Below, one piece after another: positions 35,869 through 47,657 of a DNA stretch of 64,000 bases (positions within the stretch are counted from its first letter, which is position 1; every line of letters starts with the position of its first letter). The notes beneath the pieces were generated by a model. The model was not told the origin of the DNA and searched no databases. It saw only the letters and a program-made list of their open reading frames with translations. The position numbers were made by a program, and so were the translations under genes. The stretch covers positions 2,172,001 through 2,236,000 of the forward strand of contig NW_024704742.1 of NCBI RefSeq assembly GCF_018977255.1, written 5' to 3'. Origin of the DNA: Callorhinchus milii. Lineage: Eukaryota.

Positions 35869-37032
35869 TAAATAAAATGGACACGATTTAATGTGAAGGC
35901 AGCTGTCATGTCAATACCACAAGAAGGTGAATGTTTAACTAAGATTAGCACCTTGGGGGTATATTTTAATGCTGGGCTTTCAGTGAATACGACTCAAGCT
36001 TTGATGCCTCCCAGGAACCTGATTACACTTTCATCTTTCCACGTTTGCCGTAGCATCGCTGTAAAGTGATACTGCACCGGGCAGCTATCGCCAAAAGAAC
36101 GTCGACAGAATGGGAACAGCGCTGCTAATGAAAGTACAGCGGAGCTTGTTCGGTTATTTCCCTGGCACCAATTCAACACCTACTAACTACAGCCACGCAA
36201 ACTGGACACTGGAATTATGTCACGAGCCGTTACAAGTGTCTCTTGATTCCCAAGTAGAGGTTTCCAAACAGTAATCAGATGTGGATCGCTCCAACCCACG
36301 GGAACTCCAGGTTTTATTTCCAGGCTGTCAGTAGGTGTGAATCACTACCGTTTAACCAGCTGAAATGACTATTTGCAGCTTGAATTTGCCTGTGTTCCCG
36401 ACCCCGATATCGACCGGAAGCCTCGTGACAACACAACGTATCTCTCAATTAATAGAACAGGTCCTAATGTGAATACTGCTTCGTACACGTGTGGGAGGAT
36501 CAGTTTCATGACTCAAGACTCATTACGAAGTGTCTTTCCCCGGCAGCAGTCAATCTGGTTCTGTTTTAGAAGGCACAAGTTGCGATCGGCTTCTCGGATT
36601 ACATCCATCCAGGTCAGAGTCAACAATGGCAATGATTTGGCAAAGAAAAATATTGTCTTTTTTGGTGGTGGGGGGGGGGGAATTGGAAAAAAAAAACTAT
36701 TACAGGCCAAGGAAAGTTCGGGAGAGGTGGCGTACATTCTGCCGAAGGTACCTTCCGTTGAACGGTTCTCCTCCCGTCTGTAGAAGATGAAAATATTGTT
36801 AAAATGTAGTACTGGATAGTATCACGACACATCCCATCCCATCACCAGGTTACTTACAGTGAAGGGTTCCCTACCCCTTTCTTCCCCGGGATGGTCGTTT
36901 CCTGGCACCTGTCGGTTCAGCTGCTTGCCAGCCATTAAATGCATTTAATGTGGTGCATTCTATTTGATCGGATTAGGAGCTTCACAATTCCCATAGAGCA
37001 CGGTCCCGGTGACCAGGGAACTCTATTAGTTT

Positions 37033-37640
37033 TCAGCCTGGCTCAGTTGGCAGCGCTCGCAGGTGAGAAACCTGGGTTTGATTCCCGGGCAGGGGGCGAA
37101 ATGTTGGGCAAGTTTCCTTACTCCACACGCCTCTGTTCACCTATCAGTAAGTAGGGACCTGGTTGTTAGTCGATTGGCGGATCGCTTTTCCGGGGGTAAT
37201 AATTCCTTTTTAAAAAAAATTGGCCCATCAATTGGCTGCCGGGTTTCACCCGCAAAATACACAGTCAATTCACTTTACCGTATATTCTGTGAAGCGCTTT
37301 GAGACGTCTCGAAGACCCGAGAAGGCGCTGTATATCAAACGCGAGGGTTATTATTTATTACTATTGATCCACTACAGCACTGGAGGTGTGCCGCATTGTT
37401 GGAGTTGGCATTCTTTGGATGAGATGTTAAAATAAAACACTATTGAAAAGTGAAGGGCGTTTCTCCCGGTGTCCGGGCCAACAGTCTTCCAGATAAGATC
37501 TGTCTTTATTTCTTGGCTGTTTGTGGGACTCGGCTGTGTGCAAATTTGATACCACGTTCACCCACAAAATACACATTCACTGCACTTTTCAGTGATGTCT
37601 GAGAAGCACTTGGAGAGCTCCCGACATCAGCGGCACTGTG
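37033..37640 (+). mobile_element. tRNA-Ala long SINE (about 37058-37362) nested in or fused to an old Deu-type SINE
   Basis: Old-type head cagcctggctcagttggcagc, then the young body and tail, then the old body from about 37365. Confidence 0.8.
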
Positions 37641-37994
37641 TAGCGAATTTGATAAAACAAATTTGAAAAAAAATCATCCCAGTGGGAGCAATTCTGTGCC
37701 AAAACGACAGACGCAAAATTACTTTGGAATGGCTTCAGAGAACTTTACCAAATTTTACAGCTGAGCTCCCCACATGATGAGCTTCTTGTCTTTCAAACAT
37801 ATGTTGGGTCTATTAAAATCGAGGTTGCGGCACTGGTACTATTATGAATTTAACAACCACCGCAAAGTAAATTACAGGAGCAAAATATCTGGAGAATGCC
37901 ACTTTGGCTGTTTATTAATGCTTGCAGCCGTGCTCTCCGGAGACTGAACCCGCTCACGTTTCGAAGTTGGCTTCTCGCTACAATCTCCTGACAG

Positions 37995-38430
37995 TCGCCT
38001 TCCTAACAGTCGATTTTGAGGTCCTCTCACTGCAAATCCCTTCCCTCCCTCCCTTCCCTCCCTCCCTCCCTCCCTTCCCTCCCTGGCACCTCCCTACCTC
38101 TCCGACCTGCTTTCTCCCCACTCCGCTACCCACTGCCTCCGCTCAGCAGGCTCTGCGCACCTCCTGCTCGTCCCTCGTCCCCTCCGATCCACCTTCCGCG
38201 ACCGCTTTCAGCCGCAACGTCCCGAAGCTTCGGAGCGCTCTCCCCGCATCCCTTCGCCTCGCGTACTCCTTCCCTTCTCTTAGATCTTGACTGCATACCT
38301 TCCTCTTCGACCATGCTTACGGTCACCTTCTCGCTCCCACCGGCTCGACATCAGGCACCGCCCCTGTTAACTGCTACGAGGCACTGTTCCAGGTCAAGGG
38401 CACGAGATAAATGCAAGTTGTTGTTGGTTA
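37995..38430 (+). mobile_element. L2 3' fragment, decayed
   Basis: gattttgaggtcctctcactg...tttcagccgcaacgtcccgaagcttcggagcgctctccc...ataaatgcaagttgttgttg. Confidence 0.75.
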
Positions 38431-39235
38431 TACTTCCGGAAGCAAAACCACCTTGCTTTCAGCCACACGATAACATCTCGCTTTGGCTCAATTGGTAGAC
38501 CGCTCACTTCTGGGTCATAAGAGAAACTCACCTCCTGTGACCTGGTTTTGACGAAAAACCTAGTATTTTCGCTTGTGTTTTTTTTATTGTGCTCATACAA
38601 TAGTTGGCCTTAAAAACACAGGAGTCATCCAGAATTAGTTCATGATTTTTTTTTCCATTCAGAGAGTTGTTGGACATGGAAGGCCCTGCCAAGTAAGGTG
38701 GCAGAGGTCCATTCTGGGGGTTTGCAAGAGGGAAATAGACAGGTGTTTATAATAATAAAAATACTTGCATTTGATATAGAGGCTTATGTTGTAGAAGATA
38801 TACTGTGCACTGAAGTGGCTTTGTGTATTTTTGAGGGCGGAAATGGCAGTCAATTTGTACACAGCAGTGTCCCACCAACAGCCAAGAAGAGAAGCTTGAA
38901 GGGGTATGGAGATCAGGCGAGTCAATGGGATTGAATGAACACCTTGTTCTGAGAGCCATTGCAGATTTGATGGACTGAATGCCCCCCTTCTGTGCTGTAA
39001 ATTTCTATCATTCTGTGCTGGATCAGAACTCCCCGCCCCCCCCCCCCCACACACCACACACACATACACACACAGGTCACACTACTTGTCTCCATTTACT
39101 GTCAGGATTCAACATTTGTGATCCTTTAAGAATCCACGTTCCGAGCAACACATTTTCTGTCCCATTATCTATTGTGCAGATCAATTCCAGCTACGTAGCG
39201 TGGCAGCATCTGTCCGATTGGCTTGTATCCATTTG

Positions 39236-39390
39236 ACAACAACAACAAGATTTCATTTATAGAGCGCCTTTCACGTCGGGAGGACGTCCCAAGGCGCTGG
39301 ACAGTTGGGTCGGGACCCGAGCATTGGGGAAATGGTCAGGGTGAGGGGAGGGAAGGGAGGGAGCGAGGAGGGGGTAGAGAGTCGAGAGGG
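39236..39390 (-). mobile_element. Young L2 3' UTR and tail
   Basis: Near-identical reverse complement of 26790-26950. Confidence 0.92.
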
Positions 39391-39582
39391 CCATTAACGG
39401 CACTTGATGGCATTGAGTTTGTGCGTGGGAAACAAAATGGCTGCATTTATGCACGTGCAATAAAACTGGCTAATACACTATAGTCATAGTGCAGGTTGGA
39501 ATTTGTTTTGGAGACCCCTCCCAAACACTGCCTTATAAAAGGACTTCACTCTGGACGTTCCCGTTTCTTTTTCACTGTAGCC

Positions 39583-39612
39583 AGAGAGAGAGAGAGAGAG
39601 AGATGTAGAGTT

Positions 39613-39646
<34 letters not shown>

Positions 39647-39668
39647 CAGAGAAAGATGTAGAGTTCTT
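39583..39668. repeat. Compound (GA)n microsatellite with duplicated agatgtagagttct
   Basis: Two GA runs, each followed by the same 14-mer. Confidence 0.9.
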
Positions 39669-40189
39669 CGAGGAAGATACTGGAGTCCGGACCAATTAAG
39701 CTGTTCTTGATCAGTCACTTCCTAATATAGTGACAGGTCGTTTTTGATATGAGACTAACAGGAGAATACAATAAAAATGTATTATTATTGACTGAATGAC
39801 CTGAGTCGGAACAATTGCTAATGCTTTACTCTCAGCTATTATGCCATTATCTGAATCTCTCCACAAGGTTATTACCTTTCAATTGCCTGAATACCCATTA
39901 TTCTCTTGATAGCCCGTCTGGTATCTTATTATTTACTAAAGCTTAGGGAACTAATGTGCTGCAATGGGTTAAGAAGTCTTGCTTCCTTTTTATCTCTGGG
40001 AATCTTAACCCTACTCAGACTGATGGGTTTAAAGTCTCCTGTTTATGTCGACAGGAAGTTAAATCAGTTTGGGTCGCCTGATTATCATGGGCACTGGTCG
40101 AAAAGCTCAGAACAATGCTTAATTTAGCACAAGTTATCAAACTCAAATGAAGAAGTCACAGCAGGAATAATGTTTGTTATTTCGGACGC

Positions 40190-40570
40190 TGCATAATCCT
40201 TGCATTTTTTTGTATTTAAATTATAGCTTCACCGAAACATCTTTTAGCACTTCACAGGAGTGACTGTAAAATGTAGTTCACTCTACATGTTCCGGGAGAA
40301 CACAGCAGCAAATGTGTGCATAGCAGTGTCCCATAAACAGCCATCAAGTGATTGACCAATTTTTGTTCAGGGGATTGATGGCGAGGAAACCAGGAGAAAA
40401 CAATTTCTCGTTTGAATAGTTTCAAGAGATCTTTAACGTCCTCCTGAACAGGCAGACAGGACCTGGTGTTTGTGTTAACGTCTTATCTGCAGAATGCCAC
40501 GTCCGTCCGACAATGCAGAACTCCCCCAGTCCTGCGTTGGAGTGTCAGCCAGGGCTGCGAATTCAAAATC
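40190..40570 (-). mobile_element. Old Deu-type SINE
   Basis: gatctttaacgtcctcctgaacaggcagacaggacct...tggagtgtcagcc. Confidence 0.8.
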
Positions 40571-41274
40571 CTCTTTCGTGTGCAATGGTATTTGCACCGT
40601 GATTTATTGAGCAAGAATCACCATTTGTTTGTCAGGAAATTCTATGCCCAATAAACGCTATGACTCTTTGCGGGACACTGTAGGGCTCAAATAGGCTGCC
40701 ACTTTCACCTGCAAACACAGTAGAGCAATAGGACGTATCTTGAGAAATCCTGTAAAACATTTTGAGGTATCCTTCCACCGTGAACGGCACTAACCCGAAT
40801 GCAAGGGTTATTATTAAGTGACTCCATTTTAAAAAAGGACATTATACTGGACTTAGAAAAGCAAACAGGAAAATCATTGGAGTCCGAAACATAGCAATTT
40901 GTAGTGTATAATGACCATTGAAATAGTGTCTCAATGTGGTAACTGGACAAACATCATGCTGACCTGAGGAAACTCTTCCAACACAATCGATTTCCATTAG
41001 AGGATTCATGCGGATCAGAGTTTATGCCCCTGGAAGGATTTGCTCCCTGTGACTTAGAGCCATTAAGTCTTCTTTCAGGGTCTGCCTCCAAATCTTTCTG
41101 TTAGACTGTACCTTTGGTCATCTTTCTGCCCTCGCCACCCTTCTCGCTTCCCACCCCAAGGTTGGGTGCCAAGCCAGGACTGTGAAGCACCTCGGAATGT
41201 CGTTCTCTAATGAAAGGCCTTACACAAATATAAATTTATATTGTATTGCATTGTTATTATCAGTGGCCTCAAAC

Positions 41275-41615
41275 AAGATCACAAGATTTGGTTGGTTGAA
41301 GAAGGCCCTTCGGCCCATCAAATCTCGTCCCTCCAGAACACCCTCCCTTACGTTAAAGGAGTCCAGTGTCCTAGCCTCTACCACGTTTCCTGACAATCTG
41401 TTCCAGTCGTTAATTACCCACTTTGCAGACAAAAAAACCTCCGAGTACCAGTGCTGAAATTGCCCTCTGTAACTCTAAACCTACGTCCACTTTTTCTACT
41501 GTCTTGTTGCATCCTAAAGTATTGATCTGGCTTTACTCTTTCAAGCCCATTTAACATTTTGTACATTTCGCTGAGGTCCCCTCTGAGTCATCTTCTCTTC
41601 AAGACTGAAGAGCCT
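41275..41615 (-). mobile_element. CR1 LINE 3' fragment
   Basis: Minus-strand peptide VINDWNRLSGNVVEARTLDSF; tail gaaggcccttcggcccatc. Confidence 0.85.
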
Positions 41616-42139
41616 TTGCCTGAATAATCATTGCTCATCTGTTGCGAATCATCACAATTTAGACCCTATAGACAATAACGGCTTCCAGTTTTGATTGAAT
41701 TATGAACTTCAAAATCATTTGACCTTAGCTGTGGGTAATGGAAACTCGTCTAATTGCTAATGTCATGGAAGGCGCTATTTTATCAGATCACCAGAAGCTT
41801 TTGTGTCTTTTCTCTCATGCATCATGACAGCAACTCATTTTAGTGTCTAAAAATATTCATGTTATTCGCAAATAGCCCTGATGAGCTGGAATGTTTTTAA
41901 ACCACTAATATTTTCCACCAAGTAGCACTAATGTGAAAAAAACACACAGACAATGTTTAGGTGCTACAAACTGAAGATCGCCAGAGGTGAGGGATCTGTG
42001 ACATATTGCTTATGTTAACAGGATGAGTTGCTAATAATAATCTTACATTTGGTTTAGCGCCTTTCACGTCAGGAGGACGTCCCTAACCTTTTCAGCAAAG
42101 TGCCGTGACTGTGTGTTTTGTGTGGGCACTTTGTGAGCA

Positions 42140-42466
42140 GCAATAGCCGGCTCACTAATTTGACCATCTTTGGGTCAGAAGTTTGCGGGGTTAAACCATA
42201 CGTTGGGACTTTGAACTTCTCGTCCAGGCTGACACTCCAGTGCAGTACTGGAGGAGTGCTGCACTTTCAGAGGTGCCACCATTTGGACGAGGCATTAAAC
42301 CCAGGCTCTGTCTGTCTCTCCAGCTGGACAATAAGATCCCATGGCACTGTTTGAAAACAGAAGGGAGTTTCTCCCGACGTCCTGGTCAACACATCCCCCA
42401 AATAAAATTGGTCACACATTCCATGGCTGTTTGTGAGATATTGCTGTGCATAAATTAACTGCCACA
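42140..42466 (+). mobile_element. Old Deu-type SINE, best-preserved central domain
   Basis: ggctgacactccagtgcagtactggaggagtgctgcact...gatcccatggcactgtttgaa...ggctgtttgtgagatattgctgtgc. Confidence 0.85.
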
Positions 42467-42826
42467 GAATCCTGGTCCTGACCTTCAAAGCCCTCGATGG
42501 CCTCGCGCCTCCCTACCTCAAGTCCCCCGCCTCGCTCGCCCCTCCATTGTTGGGCCACTCTGCTCTCACCCTCTGGAACTCCATCCCGCAAGTCCCTCCG
42601 CCTTGCCCCCTCCCGTGCCTCCTTCAAGATCCTGCTCAAGCCCCACCTCTTCAACCGTGCCTTCGGTCACCTTCCTTCCCCCCGCCCCCCACCCCGGCCT
42701 CCACCCTCCCTGATCCTGACCCCCACCCCCCCCCCCCACCCCCAGCTCGGGTCCGAAAAAATTGATTGTCCAGCATCTTGGGACGTCCTCCTGACGTGAA
42801 GGGCGCTGTACAAGAGGAAACTTGCC
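42467..42826 (+). mobile_element. L2 3' fragment
   Basis: ILVLTFKALDGLAPPYL; TLWNSIPQ; FKILLKPHLFNRAF; stem-loop tail. Confidence 0.88.
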
Positions 42827-43889
42827 AGATATCAGATGCAAAGATTATTTGTTTATTTATCTCCGTCCTCCTCAAGTGCAACATTTATGTTAAAAGAAAA
42901 TACTCTGCGGCCGACAGATAGGCTCTGCACAAACATTACCGTCCAGTCACACAGCAGACTAACTTCAAAATCCTCGTCTTTGTGTCCCTCTGCTCCAGCA
43001 AGCCTTGGCTTATCTGAAAATATCGTACAGAGTTTATTTCTCAATTGCATTTTGCAAGTGGAGGAAGTTGTTTTGACGATTGTGCTGTGATACTGAGAAT
43101 GGTTAAATCTGCGATAATCTGTCCGAACAAGTCTTTGTGAATCCATTCCCATGTGTGAGTGCGATGGCAATTGGAATTGTGAGCTGCTCGCTGTGGTTTA
43201 AACTGATGTAAGCTTTTATTGGTGAGTATTGTGGCCTCGCCGCACAACTATAAAAAGAGTCGCACAGTCAGTACTCCTTTGAGAAATTACACATTTACAA
43301 AGGATTACCATTAACCTCAACATCCAACTGTCTGTTTCTGTGGATTTCTGGAATATATTGTTTGAACAGTGAGCACAGATAATATCATCTGGGAAGCTGG
43401 CTGCGAGAGAAAAGTCACTGAGCTCTAACAGTAGGAAACCTGACGTAACGTACTCGGTTGTATTGACAGAATCATCGAAACAGTCTGTGCTAATAAGCAT
43501 TTCTCTCTACCAATGTTAACCCTAACCCATCCGGGAGTGTTTTGCGCTGTGCATTGATAAACGGCTCTGGGCTTCGAATTTATTGTACTGTTGGGGAGAT
43601 GTTTGTCTCCACTTTGGGGTTGTGTTTGGAGCAGGAAAACAAAGGGGCAGTAAAGGCACACGGCTGGTGCTCTCTGCTCTGCTGTTAGGTCCCAGCCGCC
43701 CTTGATATTTTCCGTTGATAAAATATACGTGATATTTTCCCCATGAAACTTGCCCCCTCTACCCGTGTCCCCAGATAGACAGCAATGAAGATTTTCTCCT
43801 CGAATTATATCGAAAAAAGGCACGTGTACACCTTTTTTTTCCAAACGCTCAGTATTTCATTTCAATTATTTTTATGCACAAGTTTTCCC

Positions 43890-44100
43890 CACGTTTGGCC
43901 GGTTAAGTCACCGCCCGAAGCACAACTGAAAACTGAGGCATTCAGGCCCAAAAAAGGGTCATCCCTGCCGTTTGGTGCTGAGCCAGCTAACCTCAGCTGG
44001 GCTGCAGGTTGAAGGGCGCAGAATTACTGGCGTTCCCAGTATATAGAGTGAATTGAAATCAGCCCAAGTTTGCGCTGTAATTGTCAGCGACCACTGTTGC
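43890..44100 (+). mobile_element. Ancient AmnSINE2-like relic
   Basis: gtgctgagccagctaacctcagctggg...gaaatcagcccaagttt, loosely colinear with 8460-8560 and the reverse complement of 18560-18600. Confidence 0.4.
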
Positions 44101-44489
44101 AATTTTCATGCCCGACACCGCTCTCTATCTGGGCCAGCACGTGAAGGAAAGCCATTGAATTGTCCACTGAATTATATCTGAACGTCAGTCGGCACAGCCA
44201 GGAGAGGAGACGATTTGGAATGGTGTAAATTCTACCCTCTATACTTGGCCGAGACAACCGGGAGCGAGTCTCGAGCGAATTCACCTCATTCGTTTCGGGT
44301 TTCCAAAAAATTAAAACGGGGGGAAAAGAACAAGTTTGAAATGAAATGCTTTGCGAATTTCCTGGTCAATTTTCTCCGCCTATTTTTTTCCACTGCCCGC
44401 CTGCCTCACCTGAAGGTGCTTGACCGTCTTTTTGACCCGCGGGTGTACATTTCCGAAGGCAATGGTTGCCCCCTGATACCTCATCCAAA

Positions 44490-44668
44490 TGACCGTGATT
44501 TGTTTGTGGGGACGCTGTTTTGCGCAGTTGGCTGCCGCGTTTCGCCCACAAAATATACAGTCAATTCACTTTACACTATATTCTGTGAAGCACTTTTGAG
44601 ACGTCTCAGTGACGTGAGAAGGCACTGAATCAAATGCAAGGATTATTATTATTATTATTATTATTATT
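44490..44668 (+). mobile_element. SINE 3' half
   Basis: tttgtggggacgctgttttgcgcagttggctgccgcgtttcgcccacaaaatatacagtc plus (ATT)n. Confidence 0.88.
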
Positions 44669-45633
44669 CACAGGGGAGCTGAGATGATGCTGTCCTCAGC
44701 TGACGGCCACACAAGAGTCTACCAGTTCTGCCATTTGAATATTTTTGAAGCTCATACCTCCTAAGGAACGAGAGTTCGCACAGTCCCGGTATCCAATGAG
44801 CCCCGACGTTAACCCACACCAACCCCCACCATCAATAAAGGGGTCTCACTTGCAGTTTGACAGACAGATAGAAAATCGTGCCGGTAGCTGCTTCAGTTTA
44901 ACCTTCCGCCAAACCAGTTTGTGGCCAAAGGAAGCGGGGTTGTTGAGTTGTTGTTGAGTTCAAAGACGCGGAATAAGATACATCCAGTGAACTGTAGGCT
45001 TTGCTGCTTACGAATCCTTTAAAATATCACAGATTAGACACCAGTTTGCGTGTCTGCCAGCGCAATTATATTATGAAGCATACGCTCGCTAGTCCGCATG
45101 TAGGACGCTCTATAAACGTACGTTCTTGTTGTCGAAAATAATAATCGCAATCCTTGTATGCAATGCCTTATCACATTGTCAAGGCAGCTCAAAAACTTTC
45201 ACAGGAATTACTGTAACGTATAGTTGCGTGTATTTTGTATGCCAAGCCTGAGAAAGACCAGGGAACCCCTGCTGTTTTCAATTTTATTCGTCTCACTAAA
45301 GAGAGACTACAAAATTTATACCCCAAAAGCATCCAAGATGATTATTGTGCGATTCAAGGAAATTATTTGATATTGAAATTGGTAGTTCATCAAAAATTAC
45401 AGAATTCTGCAATCACAAGCACCAGTTTGATCTCCAACATCAAACGTTGATTAAAACGCCGCGGCCGAGTTGGCAAAGGAAGGGGATGAAATTCCCCGAC
45501 TCCACCAGGAACGGCGTTGCAAGAATGGTTCGCCAAAGCCCGAGACCTCGGATCCGAGAAAAGAATCCTCACGTCTCAGGATTCACCACTTCCCTTCATT
45601 CATTCATCCATTCCCGTCTCGCGCGGTAGAAAA

Positions 45634-45663
45634 ATGCCGACTCGGACAGAACTATCTGGACGG
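45634..45663 (+). CDS. Possible short upstream coding exon part (MPTRTELSGR)
   Basis: aaaATG with A at -3; donor CGG/GTAATT; phase 0 joins the 45844 exon in frame across a 180-nt intron. Confidence 0.3.
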
Positions 45664-45843
45664 GTAATTTGCTGATCGAGAATGAGCCAACATCGCGGCG
45701 GGGCTTGTGTTTTGAAGCGTGTTATTTTATGCGCTTCTTGTCTCGTGGATCGCGTATTCTGTTTGCAGCAAATGCCGACTGCCGTTCCGCCTCACTGACT
45801 CTCTCTCTTTTTTTCTTGTCTTCGTTCGGTTTCCTTGCCTCAG

Positions 45844-46338
45844 GCCACGCATCCAAACAGAACTGCGACCCCAGCCATCAGCATAAGGGACCGAAGATTA
45901 CGACTTATTCCCATCGAGGTCCCTTGTGAGCACTCGGGGTCTGGCCGAGCAGCTGCCTGCGACGGCAAAATCTGCCCGGCTTCCGGCCCGCTGGCGGGAA
46001 ACCATCCGGCGGTGAGAGAACTCGGGCCGAGCGGCCCGAGCGAAGGCGGGAAGGAAGGCGCTCCGGCTTTGGACCCGCCGCGGAACGATCGGAGCCCGGG
46101 CTGCTGCGGCATCGGCTCGCACGACGACACGAGGCGGGCGTCCGACGGGCAGGGAGCTTCGGATTTAGAAAGCGGGCAAAGGCCCGGCGTGCCCAGGCAA
46201 CAGTCCGTGTTCGTGGGCCGACTGGGTCAGCCTCCTCGGGGGCCCCTCTCCTTGCTCATATACCGGAGGAAGAACGTTTTTCTCCAGCACAGTTTGCACA
46301 CCTCCGACCTGCAAGCTTTGGGACAGAAAGATGCGTAG
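45844..46338 (+). CDS. Putative terminal coding exon (164 aa) of an unidentified gene
   Basis: Branch-like ctcactgac at about 45791, about 45-nt pyrimidine tract, CAG acceptor at 45841-45843; GC/CpG-rich open frame ATHPNRTATPAISIRDRRLRLIPIEVPC...GRLGQPPRGPLSLLIYRRKNVFLQHSLHTSDLQALGQKDA*; AATAAA cluster at about 46550. Confidence 0.65.
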   Translation, partial: ATHPNRTATPAISIRDRRLRLIPIEVPCEHSGSGRAAACDGKICPASGPLAGNHPAVRELGPSGPSEGGKEGAPALDPPRNDRSPGCCGIGSHDDTRRASDGQGASDLESGQRPGVPRQQSVFVGRLGQPPRGPLSLLIYRRKNVFLQHSLHTSDLQALGQKDA

Positions 46339-46397
46339 CTCGTGGACAGCAAGCGATGGAGATAAGGAAAAACGAACTGGGGAAGGGGGGGCGGGTG

Positions 46398-46456
46398 GAA
46401 GAAAGGAAGGAAAGAAGGAAGGAAAGAAGGAAAGCAGGAAAGAAGGAAGGAAAGGA
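46398..46456. repeat. (GAAG/AAAG)n purine microsatellite in the putative 3' UTR
   Basis: Direct reading of the sequence. Confidence 0.85.
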
Positions 46457-46549
46457 GAGCTTCTCCTCAAATCCGCTGAACATTTTGAGCTCCCTCCCTC
46501 CCCGTCTTCTGAGCCTTTTGTGGCTCTTTCATGTCCCCTCCAGACAAAA

Positions 46550-46566
46550 AATAAAAATAAATAAAA
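46550..46566 (+). terminator. Candidate polyadenylation signals (clustered AATAAA)
   Basis: aataaaaataaataaaa about 210 nt after the stop; further AATAAA at about 46877 and 47365. Confidence 0.35.
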
Positions 46567-47518
46567 GCCATTTTCAATGTGAACCTTAATCGAACTTGAA
46601 GATGAAAATGTGTCTTTTCAATGCGAACCCAAGACTGGGATGAGCCTCGTTCGAGGAAGAAGCGAGCCTTGCTTTTTGCCTGAGCGCCTTGTGGTGATGA
46701 AATGGCTCGAAAGCGCTTCAGAATGGCTGAAAACACGTAGTGACTTTTTTTTTATATAGGTAAAGTGAGCAGTCACTTGAGTCAACGAACAACGAAGGTG
46801 ACTGCTCGACTAAGCTGGAGGATTGTTGGCCAGGATGCCAGTCTTCTCTACAATCCTTCTCTGTAAAAGTCCTCGAAATAAAAGAGGAATTGAATGTTTT
46901 AAAAATGTAAATGTTCATTTGTATGTGAAAATCATTGACTTTTTAATCAAACAGGCATGTACATACATTTCCTAGAGATTGTCTTTATCAGAAGGTGGCA
47001 TGCTTAGATTGACAAGATACCTCTTATTTTGGTCCATATTCCTTTGACTAACGTTGCCAAGTAGAGAAAATCATAGGTGAGCCGAGCTTGTCCAGAGTGT
47101 GTTAAAAAAAAATGTCTTTTGCAGTATGAAATTTTGTTCATAAGTGGAAAAAAAAAATACCAGCATTGTATGAGAAAGGGCATTTAAAGGAGAAGGAAAC
47201 CCTCCAGATAAAGCCATTTCCCCAAAGTGTCTTGTTCCATTTTACACCAAATGACTTTCAGTGGGACAAAGCCCAAAAGAAACCTAATTATCTTTATTAT
47301 CTTTAGCAGGAAGCTCAGAGTATATACATTTTTTTTTGTCTCCATTTAATTGATTTTTTTAAAAAATAAAATGAAAGTCGCTAATTCTTAATAGATTGGC
47401 CTCACCCCTTTCCAACAACTAATCTCTAGCAAAATTGGTACGCCGTGTGCATTACCAGCAGGTATCGAGCCTTTTTGTACACCTTGTAAGTTTAACGAAA
47501 AGAAAGCACGATTTGCTA

Positions 47519-47657
47519 TTCATAGAATCGGAGAATTATACCACACAGAAGGAGGCCATTCGGCCCATCGTGTGCATGCCGGCTCATTGAATGAGCTGTC
47601 CAAATTAATCCCACTCCCCCGCGCTCTCCCCAAAGCCCTGAAAATGTGTCCTCCCTA
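47519..47657 (-). mobile_element. CR1 3' tail
   Basis: catagaatc...acagaaggaggccattcggcccatcgtgt is the reverse complement of 26195-26255. Confidence 0.85.

Noticed and set aside
45840..46130. Minus-strand ORF with a hydrophobic C-terminus
   Set aside because: Antisense shadow of a GC-rich region; splice and polyA signals favour the + strand
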